DNA from: Paragordius varius
Lineage: Eukaryota > Animalia > Nematomorpha
Direction of reading: 5' to 3'
Length of the DNA stretch: 64,000 nt
NCBI GenBank assembly: GCA_964247055.1
Contig: OZ176051.1
Location: 14,942,001-15,006,000, forward strand
The translations under genes and the position numbers were made by a program. The notes under the pieces were generated by a model. The model was not told where the DNA came from. It made no database searches and worked only from the letters and a program-made list of their open reading frames with translations. Shown piece by piece: positions 36,159 to 48,714 of the stretch (positions are counted from its first letter, which is position 1; each line of letters starts with the position of its first letter).

Positions 36159-38611
36159 TTAATTTAATGTGAAAGTTATCATCTTAAAGTTGGAAATAAC
36201 ATGCAGGAAAAAATGTGTTTTATAAATGATTTAATGAATGCGATGATAGATATTTAAAATAAAGAATTTTATTAAAAGATTCTAAAAATAATTTAAATGT
36301 TAAAAAAATGCATATTTACATATAAAAAATTTCTAAAAAAATTAGAAATTATTTTTGTTAAATTTTTTTTTTAAATTTTCAAAAAGCCACTCAAAATTTT
36401 CAATGAGCCACTAGTGGCTCGCGAGTATCCTGTTGTACACCCCTGTTTTAAAGCTATCCCCATCTTGCATTAATAAATAGTATGAAGTATGCTTTAGAAT
36501 TAAATCTAAAAATTGCCCTTTAGTATTTATATTTGATGTCAAAATTTATCATATTATAAAGTTTTTATTGCGCGCAATTTTTGGTTATTTTAAGAGAACT
36601 AGCCCATTTCAGAAGAGCAAAAAAATGGGACTTTTTCAGCTTAAATCTATAAAAATTTTAATATGTTTTTTTTTCTTTTTATACGTAATTTATGTTAATA
36701 TTAGTTTGCAATGAACCAATCTTTAACCTAAAAAATTTATTTTACACAATGTGGGCAAATTTTGTCATTTGATATGAAGCACTTGCTACAGAAGTGTGAA
36801 TAACTTTCTTTTACTTATCGTAAGGACTTAAACCAAAAGTACCATCATAATCCTGCAATTTTCATCAAATATCTAATTATATAATATAACTGGATAATTT
36901 TGAAGTACACTGTGTATATTAACACGACTAAAAATTATCACTACTTTTTTTAGCTTGAATCGTTTTCTTTCTATGTGTAGCATCGACCATGTATCATGCT
37001 CTCAGAGTACATTAAAATTTATGCAATATAAATACAAACTAACACATAATTTTATAAATTACAATAATACTTTTTAAACACCTGGATTCGCATCAAAATT
37101 TAATATAATTTGTAAAATGAATTTATAATTTATCTTTTAGTGTTATTTGGCTGCATATTTCATGACATGTCAATACAGAATACTGAGCACTTAAAAATAA
37201 CCTTAATTTTCGATTGGCCAACAAAGTCCTAATGTTTGGCAAAAACAGTCGAGCGTTGGATGTTGCGAAAAACAAAAAATAGCAATGGGTTTATGACAAA
37301 GGCATGTGGGAAATAAAAATTTGCGCAATGACTATTAATCGTTAATAAAACATGTCTCTAATTAAAACATTTCCAATTTTTATTTGAAATGTTCGAGACT
37401 GAATTTTAAATGGTATACTAAGTTATAAACTTTAACTAATTAATGATACCATTATGTAAAAAATTGAATATTAAAGTATAAAAATATGATATTATGCAAA
37501 CAAAACTTCCAAAAGACAACCATACTTTTTGAAACTTTAAATTTTAAATTATTTTACTATAATTGTAAAATATTTATCAATATGCATCTCTACTTCACCC
37601 TTTGAAATTTAAAACAATGAGTTATAATTTAAGAAACGGTTTTTTGACATACAAAAATATTTGTCTTTATATTTTTTACGTTGTGGCCATATATAAATTT
37701 CAATCATAATTCCCTGGCAGTCTTCATTATTTGTAAGCATACATTGGCCTCCCTTCTGGCTTAATAACTGGTAAACTATTCGCTCAGACACATAAAACCG
37801 CTCTCTTGCCCTAAATCGAACATTAAACATCAAACATTTTAGATTCAATGAACATTAGAATCCCCTTTATCTCTCACAAAAATAACTTGTGAATCTCTGA
37901 CCAACAACGTAAAATTGATATTTTTTAAATACTTAATAAGGTTACCCAATTTAAATACTGCTTCTCCATTAATAATTAGATTATAAGGTTTACATTGACT
38001 ACTTCGAAGCCCTTTAAATTACATTTTTTTTCAACAATAAAACATTTTGACTCAAAGGTTAATTCTTTATATAGCATTTGCTTATTATATTGACAAATAT
38101 GGTTAAAACGGTTTATTATTCCCTCGTGTCATATTTTCTAACTTTAAAGTTTTAAAAAAGTAGACTAAAATCAAATCTTTTTTTTATAAAGATTTATATA
38201 TTTTAGGTCGATGTTATTTATTAGTGTCGATTTTCGAAATGATTTAAATTCCATTTTATATATGCTATTTGATTTGTAACAGCGCTGGCTCTAAAACAAG
38301 CTTATTTGAATTAGAATATTTAGGCGTTAATTTTAGTGTTTCTGAGAAAGTTTGTTATATAAAAGCTGTTTAATGCTTTAAAAAAAGTAATAAATTATTA
38401 ATAACTTTTTTCGGCGAATTCATAATGTTTTAAACGATATATGCTTAGATATAATGAATGTCTAATAAAAATAGATATTATTTTATTTTATACTAACAAA
38501 TTTTGTGTCATTGGCGATGAGAGAGATTGATTAAGATATTTTTACAAATTGGCACATTAGCCTGATATTTTTGATAATGAGCAAATTGCTTTAAATATAT
38601 CCACAAATATT

Positions 38612-39864
38612 ATGGTTGTCAAGTCATATTCATTTTATCATAATAGTTCTTGTTTGGAGACACAAGGTTTAGTTATAAAGTGTACTAACGAAATTCCTTC
38701 CTGGCAATTGGAAATGCGAATTTCCGAATTCGATACTCATTTACAAGTAGTAATTTGGCCGATCCTCTCCATAGTCGGCATCTTGGGCAACGCTTTAGGC
38801 CTCATAATATTGCGACAAATAAGAAGACTTATGGCTTTTCCAGCTAGTCAGGCGTATTATTATTATTTATCAAGTCTGATTTGGATTAATTTTTGGAATT
38901 CCATCCTGAGTGTCGTGCATGAAATGCGTCCGATATGGATGAAAACTCAGGGTTCTCCATTTGTTGCTAATCCTTACCTTCTTAAAAGCGTTTATGTAGC
39001 AGTAATGTTATCTAATGGCTTGGAAGTTGGAGGAACAATAGTTTTAGCATTCATGTTAAGGGACCAATATATCTCTTTGGTCCATCCTTTACAACAATAC
39101 AAACAATACTGTGCAAAATATGGGGTACTTAAGCTCTCTATTCCATGGATGAGTTGTGTAATAGCTATCGCCTTTTCATTTACTACCCTTTTTTGGTATA
39201 ACGTAGAAAAATGTTGGAAATCTGATTACCCATTATTAAATGTTACGCAAGACAATCACTTTTAAATTTAACACTCGATTTGAAAGAAAGCATACCAAGT
39301 GAAAAGGTATATTACTTTGATCGAGAAATATTTGTGCTGCATTGGGTAGCTTATTATGATATAATTCGTATGACCCTTTTCTCCATTGTTCCCGCCTTTA
39401 TAATCCTCTTTTATGGCATAAAACTAACGTATCTGATAGGGTTGGTGCGACAGGACTCAAATACTCGTAAAAAATATCTTGGATTAAACTTTAAGTTTAA
39501 AGCAATGGAAACTTTACAAATTTATACTATAAATTTGAATGAATCTGTTAGAAAAAACCAAGCCAGTCAAAATAGCTTAACTAAAGAAGCGAGTAGATTA
39601 TCAACACTTAATAAAAACGATGTATTGCCAGCACAGCCATTAATTTTCATTAAAAAAGATTTATCAAACCTTATCTTCTTTATATCCTATTTCATCTGTC
39701 AATTGCCAAATGTAATAATGATAACAGCTCACGAACAAATACAAAATCCGACACTAATTTTGGTTTCGGGCACGTCTGTTCTTATGCTCCACACTATGAT
39801 AATATTTGTTTACATGTTTTGCGACAAAAATTTTCACAAATATTTCCCGCACTATAAACTTTGA
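38612..39864 (+). CDS. Intronless class A (rhodopsin-like, peptide-receptor-like) GPCR split by one frameshift at about 39229-39265
   Basis: TM1 IWPILSIVGILGNAL; TM3 DQYISLVHP (DRY-like); TM5 LFSIVP; TM6 YFICQLP; TM7 IIFVYMFCDKNF. The two ORFs are in adjacent frames, and the second is open upstream to about 39230. Confidence 0.8.
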
Positions 39865-41169
39865 TATAAACTGAATTTAACAATCTTGAATAAAATAATA
39901 AAAAGTTTCAAGTTCACCAAAATTTGATGTGATATTCTAGATACAAATTTCTCAAAAACACAAAATTTGAATTTTAAAAGGCATATTGTGCCATAATTAG
40001 ACGGTAAAATGTTTTGACATCACAGCTTATGATACTTGTAAGTAATACCTATATTTAATCGTGAAAACACCTAATTCTAAGATTCCAAATGGGTTATAAC
40101 CATTTTAATTACCATGGCTAAAGGTTGATAGCTCCATAAATTATATTACAAGTTTATTAGAAAATATTTGAATTATGATTATGCTAAAACTCATTTTTAT
40201 AATTCTAATCTGAGTGAATTATAAATCAGTTCCTATTTCTAGTGAGTAATAACGTTACACACTGACTCAATATACAAATATTTTATTCGTATTAACTGGA
40301 ATTATCGATTCGGAATTATAAATATTAGGATATAATCTGAATAATTATAAATTACCATTTCCATCCTTTATAAATTATTGGACCTAGTTTTTCAAAACGC
40401 TAAAACAATTACTAATCATCATGCAAATAAAATTGAAATTTACGGACAAAACGTAAAAATTTGAAACAAATATTTTTTGTTAACTCAACTTAATTTTTAA
40501 AATTGATTCTTCCCTCCTAAACTCTAACAATATCAAATGAGACAATTAAATAAGAATTCTATTTTTTGTTAGCACGTAAAGCAATTAGTATTTTAAAAAA
40601 ACAATTTTAAAGTATAGCTCTGTCTGTATATTTATGCATTCAATCCGTAAAATTTCAATTTCTACTGTAATATTGTTATTAAAAAAGGAATTTAAATTAT
40701 ATGGAAAAATGGTAAAATATAAAAATTATCTTTAAATCACAACCATAATCTTTTACTCCTTAGTATTTGACATATAAACTCCCTAATTATAATTCAAAAT
40801 GATATAACAGAATTTAATGATGAGTTATTTTAAAAATTATTGAAATTGTTTGATTGTTTTTTAAAAATTTATTGTACATTTTTATGTTTTGTCCGTATAA
40901 TTTTGATTTTTACTTTTTCTGCATAAAATAAAAGAAATAATATTTGTCTATAATTAAATTTTAATGAAAAAAATAAATATTACTTAAAAAGTTAAAGTTT
41001 TTTGTCTAGTATACAAAAAAGTTAATACACCCAATCAAAATGGCATTCTTGAAAAAATATAAAAATACATATCCTTATCTACAATAAACATAGGAAACAG
41101 AATGGCAAATCATAATTTCGTAACATAAAATGCAATTAATTTTTTTAATTGATAAATGTAATGATAATT

Positions 41170-41381
41170 TAACTAAAAATTGGATAGCGAAGATTCAAGA
41201 TTTTGGCTTCAGGAGTTTCCAGTTGCTTTCAGAGTGCTTTCAGGAATATTCAATGTAAGTCCTCGTTGATATGAAGGATTATGGTTTCATGTGAATCAGT
41301 AACATCGCTCTTACAATCAATCGTAACTATTTGGTACAATAAAAGTGATACGATACCAAAAATATTTTTCTTCACATACAT
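41170..41381 (-). pseudogene. Small signal-peptide gene of unknown family, paralogue 1 (43-aa ORF 41250-41381, homology continues past TGA stops)
   Basis: MYVKKNIFGIVSLLLYQIVTIDC-KSDVTDSHETIILHIN aligns with 60391-60622. Codon gca ctc TGA corresponds to gca ctc CGA in the paralogue. Confidence 0.55.
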
Positions 41382-42747
41382 AGTCTAGTTTTCAAAAAAG
41401 ATTGTAAATTTAATCAAAAAAATATCATTTTTATAGGTTTTGTATGGTATGTTTGACCGGCGTCTTAGTATATTCTACAATATGCGAAAATAGTAAATGT
41501 GTTCCAGGAAAACTAACTGCTTTGATAATATGGGTTACTGCCTTTAACGTCCTGACAAACAAAACTAGTTTAGTAAACTCTTCCTCAAAAGAGAAATTAT
41601 TGCATTTGCGAATATTTAAATGTCTTGGGATGTGTTTCTAAAATATAGTTTCAGGGCTTATTTCCTTTTAAGGGCACATCTTCTATTTTAAATAATAAAT
41701 ACAATAAACTGCCTACTATTTATTACATAACTATATTATTACATACTTATTATATTTGTGACGAAGTAGTGATTGCGTTAGATGCCTTATGACCTAATCG
41801 AAAATGTAAATTTTATAAAACAATTACATTCGTAATCAGTGACAAGTAATATCAAAATTTTGCTTATTGCCTTTTGAGGAAACATGTATTTAATTGAAAC
41901 TATCAGTAATAATTATGTTATATAATAACAAAAAATTTTGACTTTTTTTTAAATACCATTCTTATAAATTCAAAATTTATTTTATAAAATATTCTAAAAT
42001 TTTTTATTTTTAGGATATATCGAAAATTTTTTGAATCCGATTTAACATTAAACTCGAAATTTTCGAAATTAACAGTTTAAGATATATAGCCATGTTATAT
42101 ATTATTCGGAAGAGCGCAAAAAACTGTTCTTATGTTAGTTAGTCATTAAACTATCTGATGTAATTTATTTATGTATATTGGTCAAAATTTTCCATTTAAT
42201 AAGTCAAAAATCTTTACAGGCAAACTAAATTGAAAATCATAAATTATTTTATATAATTATTAGAATCTTATTATAAATTTGTAAAAATAATCTTTGGAAA
42301 AGCTTTTAGTTTGTTTTATTAATTAATTATTATCAAAATTATCCTAGTGGATACTAAAATGTATAGTTATAACTTTGAATTTATATAATGGTTATAAAAG
42401 AAGAATATCTTAACCGGTATTTTTAGTCTTTAAAATTTAGAAATAATAAACTCTCTAAAGAAAATTAATTTATGTTTAGGCTGCTTTGAATGGCATAAAA
42501 GCAATAAATAATTTTAATCCAAAAACTTTCATGTGTTACCTTTTTTTGGACGTTCATTGCCATTTAGACAAAGTCCAGCTATTTTCATCCATTAGTTTAT
42601 AAAATAAATTAATTATGAAAAATGTTCTCGCTACGCGCGTTTGTCCCTTCCTGTGTCCAATATTAAGTATCGATGTAAAACATATAGGTATGCATTTGAA
42701 GCTTTTACTCTTTCGATTGATATATTATAAATGTACATTTGTTGTAT

Positions 42748-42807
42748 ATTTTTAAAGAAACACATTTTTTGAGCGCAATTTTTAAAGAAACACATTTTTT
42801 GAGCGCA
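42748..42807. repeat. 30-bp direct tandem duplication
   Basis: tttttaaagaaacacattttttgagcgca occurs twice head-to-tail. Confidence 0.9.
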
Positions 42808-43849
42808 TAATCAAAAAAATTAATATTATAATTTTTATTTCAGATTTTCTGTAAAAATGATAATAAATATTATAAAATTTCAAAAACTCGAGTGGCAGAA
42901 AAAATTGTTGTTTAGTGAATTAATCACATGTTAAATAACAATTTGTGTTAAAATCAATAACGAATAAAATAATATTATATCAAGAATATAGAAAAATAAA
43001 TTGATATTAATAAATAACTAGGTAGCCATTATTGAATTATATGAATTAAATGATCATACCATGAATAGTCCAATGCATAAGAATTGCTTGCTGTTTTTGT
43101 TAAATTCCATATATAATTTTTATAAAAGCGCTCAAAATACAAAAATCAAAGTTGTTATATATTTATTATTTTATGAAGGCTAAGTAATTGGCGCTTTAAA
43201 GTGAGACATAAGCTAAAGTATTCATATATAGTAGTTGTGTTTTATTTTTACGTTTTATCCGTATTAAATTTTAACTTTAAAACTAAAGGAATTGTGGAAA
43301 CTCATGATTAAAAATAATGAACCTATTTATTCGTGCTTGTTTTAAATGGCATTTAAACCCCATCTGATATTCTTTAATAAACGGAATAATTCGCTACTTA
43401 TCAAACATAATAAGGAAGTCTTTTAACGAATATAAACTACAATGGACGTTTTTATAATAATCCCTCCCTATTTTAACATTTCAAATAAAAGCGCCTATAA
43501 GTAATTAGGTTATGCGGATTATTATAATGTATCACCAAATTTTTTATGTTAATGAGCTTTTCTTTGCTAACTCCCTAACAAAATTTTTGCATGTTGCGTA
43601 TTAATTAGAGTGGATACCAGGAGAAAGGCGATTGGCCCTCTCAAAGCTAAATGGCTTATTTTTGTGGCATTTTTTGAGGGACACTTAGCTGAACAACTTG
43701 GTCTAGTCTAATCCATCAAGATTGACGACAAATCTTATACAGGTTTTGAATTCAAACACTTTCCTTGAAGTTTTGTGGGCTATTTTTAACCAAATTTGTG
43801 CTTGTTTAGTACCGTTTAATCAAATAAATTTATTATAGAAATGGAAAAT

Positions 43850-44800
43850 GGTGGCTTTGTGATCTGTTTCCGGAAAACCGGTAGATCCATTCAAATATAA
43901 TGGAAAAAATACAATCGTTAATGAATGCCCCGACATTCTTGTCCTTTTTTTGAGTTAGGTCCCCAGTTCGGGCCCACCCAGTGTAAAAAAGGCTTTTTTG
44001 ACAACACAAGTCCACAAAAATCGTGTCTTTGAGACAATTTTCCCGAAAACGTGTTGGACCATTCGATTTTAAATATGATTTTTTTTACTTATTTTCGATT
44101 GCGCCGATAGTCGGCTGGCTTTTTTAATTTAAGCCTCTTTTTACCCGCCCCCTGTAAAATGCCATTTTTCAAAGATCAAGTCCATAAAAATAATTTTTTG
44201 AATCTAATTTTCGCCAAAGTATAAGACGGTAAAAATATAAGCATTCTAGGTATTTCATGTTAAAAGGCAAATATTTTAGCAAAACGTTTAATAGCTGCTT
44301 AAAATATTACCCGTAACAAGGCACAAATTTATATCGTGTTTTTAAAATTAGCCGTTAATTAGGCCCTTCACACCCTGAAAAATGCGCCAGCATAGAATAA
44401 TTTTTTAATTTTGAGGCAATTTTTCTATAAACTAATGAAAAATTTAAATCAAGCGCTTTTTTTGTATCAGCCTCTAGGTAGGGAGCTACCCGCCTAAAAC
44501 TGCGCCAACATATCGAAATTGCATTGTTTAAGAGTTAATTTTCAGAAAACTCATCAAAACATATGAGTTTTATATGGGCTTGAAATATTACCCGTAAAAA
44601 GGCAATAATACAAGTGGAGCAGTTTTTTTTAATTAGCCATTAATTAGGCCCTTTACGCCTTAAAAATGCGCTTGAGCTATTATTTAATTTTGAAGCCATT
44701 CTTCCAAAAACTATCAAGAACATACGGAATGAATGATTCCAGGCAATCCCATATAAAGGCAAAACTTTTTTTCGAACGTTTTTTTTATATTGGCCTCTGG
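43850..44800. repeat. Unclassified dispersed repeat family, copy 1 (internal ~280-bp subrepeat at 44300/44583)
   Basis: tggctttgtg.tctgtttccggaaaaccggtag...aatcgtgtctttgagacaatttt...gttggaccattcgattt is shared with 54727-55560 and 58900-59520. Confidence 0.85.
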
Positions 44801-44880
44801 AAAATAAAATATAAAAGACATTGCTTTCTTTTATGTTTTGTTAAATTTAAATCATATTTTAAGGCATTTGATTTTTATAT

Positions 44881-45128
44881 CAGGGGTATTCAACACAATG
44901 GTTTCGCAGGCCGCATTCGCAGCCATCAACAAATATTTTATTAAATTTTGTAGGTAAGACTCTAAAAACTAATAATTATTTTGCCAGTATATTGCCGAAA
45001 TTCGGTATAATTAATTCAGAAACAAATAAAATTTTACTTAGATTTTGCAAAATATTTAATTTAAAACTCGCAGGCTGAATAATAGTTTCGGAAGCCGCAT
45101 GCGGTCTGCCGGCCGCGTGTAACGCCTG
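44881..45128. mobile_element. hAT (Buster/Charlie-type) MITE
   Basis: Left end caggggtattcaac resembles the TIR of the 33-kb hAT. Internal gccgcatgcggtctgccggccgc motif. The right end (aacgcctg) is degenerate and the TSD imperfect. Confidence 0.6.
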
Positions 45129-45947
45129 TTTATAGAATATATAGCAAAATGTGCGAATGCGATTTTGTTGTGAAAGGAATGAGCAAAAAAGTTCTAATAA
45201 CTTGTTACACCCAAATAAAACATTATAAGATTCGATCTCCATAAGATATAGATTTAACAATATATTTTAGGGTTCGGATTTTGTTAGAATATTCTTACAT
45301 ATTATAAAAAATATCCAAAGTTTTTATATTAAAAGCAAATAAGATATGATGATCAATTATCATAAAAATACACATTTTTTATTTGGATATTGAGAGGTAT
45401 CATTACCTTACGTCTACAATGTTTCCAAAACCTTATCTAAAATAGCTATCTATGGGAAAACCTTCTGTTTGGGTATTTATATATAGAATATCTGAATACA
45501 TCTGTAAATTAAAATAAGCTGATATTTCCAACACGGTCTATTAAAATATTTGACGCTAATACGGCTCATATTTATCAAATCTTACGGAAAATAGACGTAT
45601 AGTTGCGGGAAAGGGCTCGGATATCGGATTTATATTCAGAACGTATAAGTGAATTAAATTACTTAATTAATATAATAAATTACCAAGACACAGCATCTTC
45701 GAAATCTTAACTGTTGATGATATTGGCTTTATTCTTAGGGTATTACTTCCTTCTACTGCGTAACAATTATATGTTAATATTACTAACACTCCATTACCTT
45801 TTAAAGACAATTTTTACCGTTGATTATAGGTCAACGCGCGCATCAATTATTTTAAAAGCCATGTATCAGTAAAACTTTGGGAATTTCGTGCAAACACATT
45901 ATTTATTTACTCTTTCATCAAACGCTTTACGACCTGATATTTAAAGC

Positions 45948-46070
45948 CAATTAAAATATACTGGTCATATTCTACGATCTGATTCTCTAAAAACCAATCA
46001 TTCTTGGGTTAGTAGAGGGTAGCTGCAACGAGACCGCACTTAAAACTGGTGGCTCGATAGCATCAAATAA
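45948..46070 (+). mobile_element. 3' fragment of an RTE-clade LINE
   Basis: Translates with shifts to QLKYTGHILRSDSL / IILGLVEGSCN / WWLDSIK*, the RTE C-terminal motif. Related to the fragment at about 30540. Confidence 0.6.
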
Positions 46071-46299
46071 GTTACAAAACTTTCCCCAAATTCAAGCCTA
46101 AGATCTGAATTGGCAAACACCTATCTCTATAAGTGCTACTTCAAATTAGCTTCTAGCACAGATATGTTTTATTTATCAGAATGTTTTTTAAATACTTCTT
46201 TACAAAATTTGGATTAGTGTTTATTATTTTAGAAGCATAATGGGAACAATATAATGGATTAAATATTTCCATTCGATGCTAAAATAGAATTTTAAAAAG

Positions 46300-46830
46300 T
46301 TTTGTTTCCCTCAAATTTTTTTTCGATTAAATACAATTTATATATAAATTATAAATTTAAGAACGAAGTATTAAGGTGTATATCTTTAGCAGCATCAAAA
46401 TGATAAAAAGTTAAACAACGATATACCAAAGTGTTATGTACCGTCACAATAATTAAAATACGGTATTTGATGCACCCCAATATCGTATCTTTGAATATAG
46501 GAGATGATAAATACATATTCCCTTATAATTTTATTAATATAAACATTTATTTTGAAGACTAATATTAGGAATCTTCCTAATAAAATCAATTCATTATACC
46601 ACTGGAAAAAGTGTTTTATATGGACCATTTCAACCTTCTAAATTCCTTAATCACAAAAAACTTATTTAGTAAATGTCAGCAGTAGCAAAATTAAAAACAG
46701 AAATGCTGGTTAACAATTTGCACATCTTTATATATGCATTTTCCGAATCATTCCTTAAAAGCCAAGGTAGAAATTGAAAACTCCACCAAATTAATCCAAT
46801 TATCCAGTCTAACAAATTAAATATTTTTTA
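46300..46830 (-). pseudogene. Heavily degraded class A GPCR-like sequence
   Basis: Fragments in different frames: IIGLI (TM1-like), TSISVFNFATADI (NLAxAD-like TM2), LLGRFL...IISYIQRYDIGVHQ (TM3, DRY-like). Several stops. Confidence 0.4.
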
Positions 46831-48280
46831 TTTTTAAAATAGCCGATGAGCTTTTAAATTAGCCGAACGCTATGTAATATAAAATTACAAATCTCAAAAA
46901 TGTCATCGGTCCATCCATCATTGGTCGGAATAACATTGTAAAAAACTTTTGTCTGGAAAAAGGTCCACTCAAAAAATTACCCCTTTACAATATCAGCGAA
47001 ATTCAAACTGCTATTTATACGCTAAACATGTATTTTTATAAAGTTTCTTAAATTTTTCATCAACATTTTTTAGGGGAACAAAGAATATGCTAAGCAGGGC
47101 GCTGTTACGCAACGCTGTGATTTAGTCAACAATACATTAGTAATAAAATATTTTTGATACACTAGATACGATTTTTTGGTAAGTCTAAAGCTACGTTATT
47201 TTATAGTTAAGTATTACGCATAGATAGTGTGATCCTATTCATGATTTATGAGATGGGCTTTTTTACGGGAAAGAGCACTAAAATCTTTATTGAATATATT
47301 TGTCTTTTTTAGAAAATACCACTCTGCCTTTGCAAGGATATATTTAAAATAATATACACATGGTTACTATCTCGGACGAAAACTTTGCCTCTATACTGGG
47401 AATACCTAAAACCACTATTGCTTTGTCATAGCCTGATTTAAATTGTTTAAAACTGTTTGGGACTTGTTTATTTTCAAAAAAAATGGATTACGGGTCAGGA
47501 GCTAAATACGAGGCAGACTCAAAAATGTGCTTTGTAAAAAAATAAAAAATTCCTGAATTTATATGAATGATGGCAATTTTTATATACTTTATTTTATGGA
47601 CCCTTTTATTATTCATGGATTGGTATACGGTTTCCGGGATATAGTCTCCATAACAATTCATATTTATAATAAATAGACAGTAAATTTAATATTAATGACC
47701 GGGTAACCGAAATAATATTTTATATAAAACTATTTTTATTTTATGATTTCAATTATATATTTTTTAATAAAATGAAAATATAATATTAATAAAATGTGTA
47801 TAAATTTAATCAATAATAGATGCAATGCGTTGTTATACGTAAAAGTGACAAATATACTAAAATAGATGAATAAAAAGTATATTGATAAAATTATATTTAC
47901 GAAACTTTTTGTGTCACAGTGTTATTAAACTTATATATTATACTCCAATCATAGGGTCAACTTAATTAAATTAGTCACAAGATAACCCCATATAAACAAG
48001 GCATTCTGTAAAATTAAACTATTAAATTTTGGTTACTTGGTATGGGAAAATTATATAGTTTCTTTCTTTTTACTGAGTTATCAAAACGCGTGACAGAGTA
48101 GCTAGGATCCATCCAGTGGCGTACCGAGCATTTGCGGCACCCGGGGCAAAAAATTTTTATGGCGCCCCTCTCCCCTTTTTTTAAAAGCCAGTAAAACAAA
48201 TTAGTAAAAAAATACAAACGTTGTAACCTAACACCATAGATAAGACAGCACAGTCATATAAATTTAAAATCTATTAAATA

Positions 48281-48601
48281 TACCATTTACAGTTCAAATT
48301 CACCCTTGAACAATTCAAATTAACCCTCGAAATTCACCCTAAAAATAAATTATGTGTTTTCGAACTAATATAACTCATTATTAATATGAAATATATGTTT
48401 ATGGTATAGTTTATTATTTTTACAGTATTATTTTAATTTAAAACAAAATTTTTATTCTTAAAAAATATATAAAATATAGGTAATTTTTAATCTTAATAAA
48501 CATATATTTTATTTGAGGGTGAATTTGAATTGTTCAAGGGTGAATTTGAATTAATCAAGGGTGAATTTGAATTAAAGGGTGAAATTGAATTGTAAATGGT
48601 A
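48281..48601. mobile_element. Related foldback element (TA TSD, TACCATTTAC termini, cccttgaacaattcaaattc repeats)
   Basis: TA|TACCATTTAC...GTAAATGGTA|TA, with inverted subterminal repeats. Confidence 0.85.
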
Positions 48602-48714
48602 TATATATATTTATATGATACTAAATTTATTCAATGGTACTAATTAGGTGAATAAAAGAGTATATATTATAGGGATTATTACCTAAATTGCTGAAAAATC
48701 TCATGAAAATTCTT

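Larger units (their letters stand above)
33033..36445 (-). mobile_element. hAT transposon (Buster/SPIN/GTF2IRD2-like), decayed transposase about 33340-35189
   Basis: TIRs cagggatgtccaac / gttgtacacccctg (12/14). 8-bp TSD gttTAagg / tttTAaag (6/8, nnnTAnnn). Motifs: CLIC...LKRH BED-like finger, TTDGALAM, HCMIHRE, VRWLTRG, and the dimerisation motif FPDLR...FGSTYLCES...LTDENFE. Confidence 0.93.

Noticed and set aside
37609-37848. 79-aa minus-strand ORF
   Set aside because: TTG start, no recognisable domain or splice support.
792-39265. Alternative genetic code or Euplotes-like obligatory frameshifting
   Set aside because: Only one in-frame stop needs explaining, the TRPN exons read cleanly in the standard code, and the stops after the shifts share no common codon context.
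47090-47135. GC-rich hairpin-like motif resembling a Helitron end
   Set aside because: It ends in TTAG rather than CTRR and pairs poorly.
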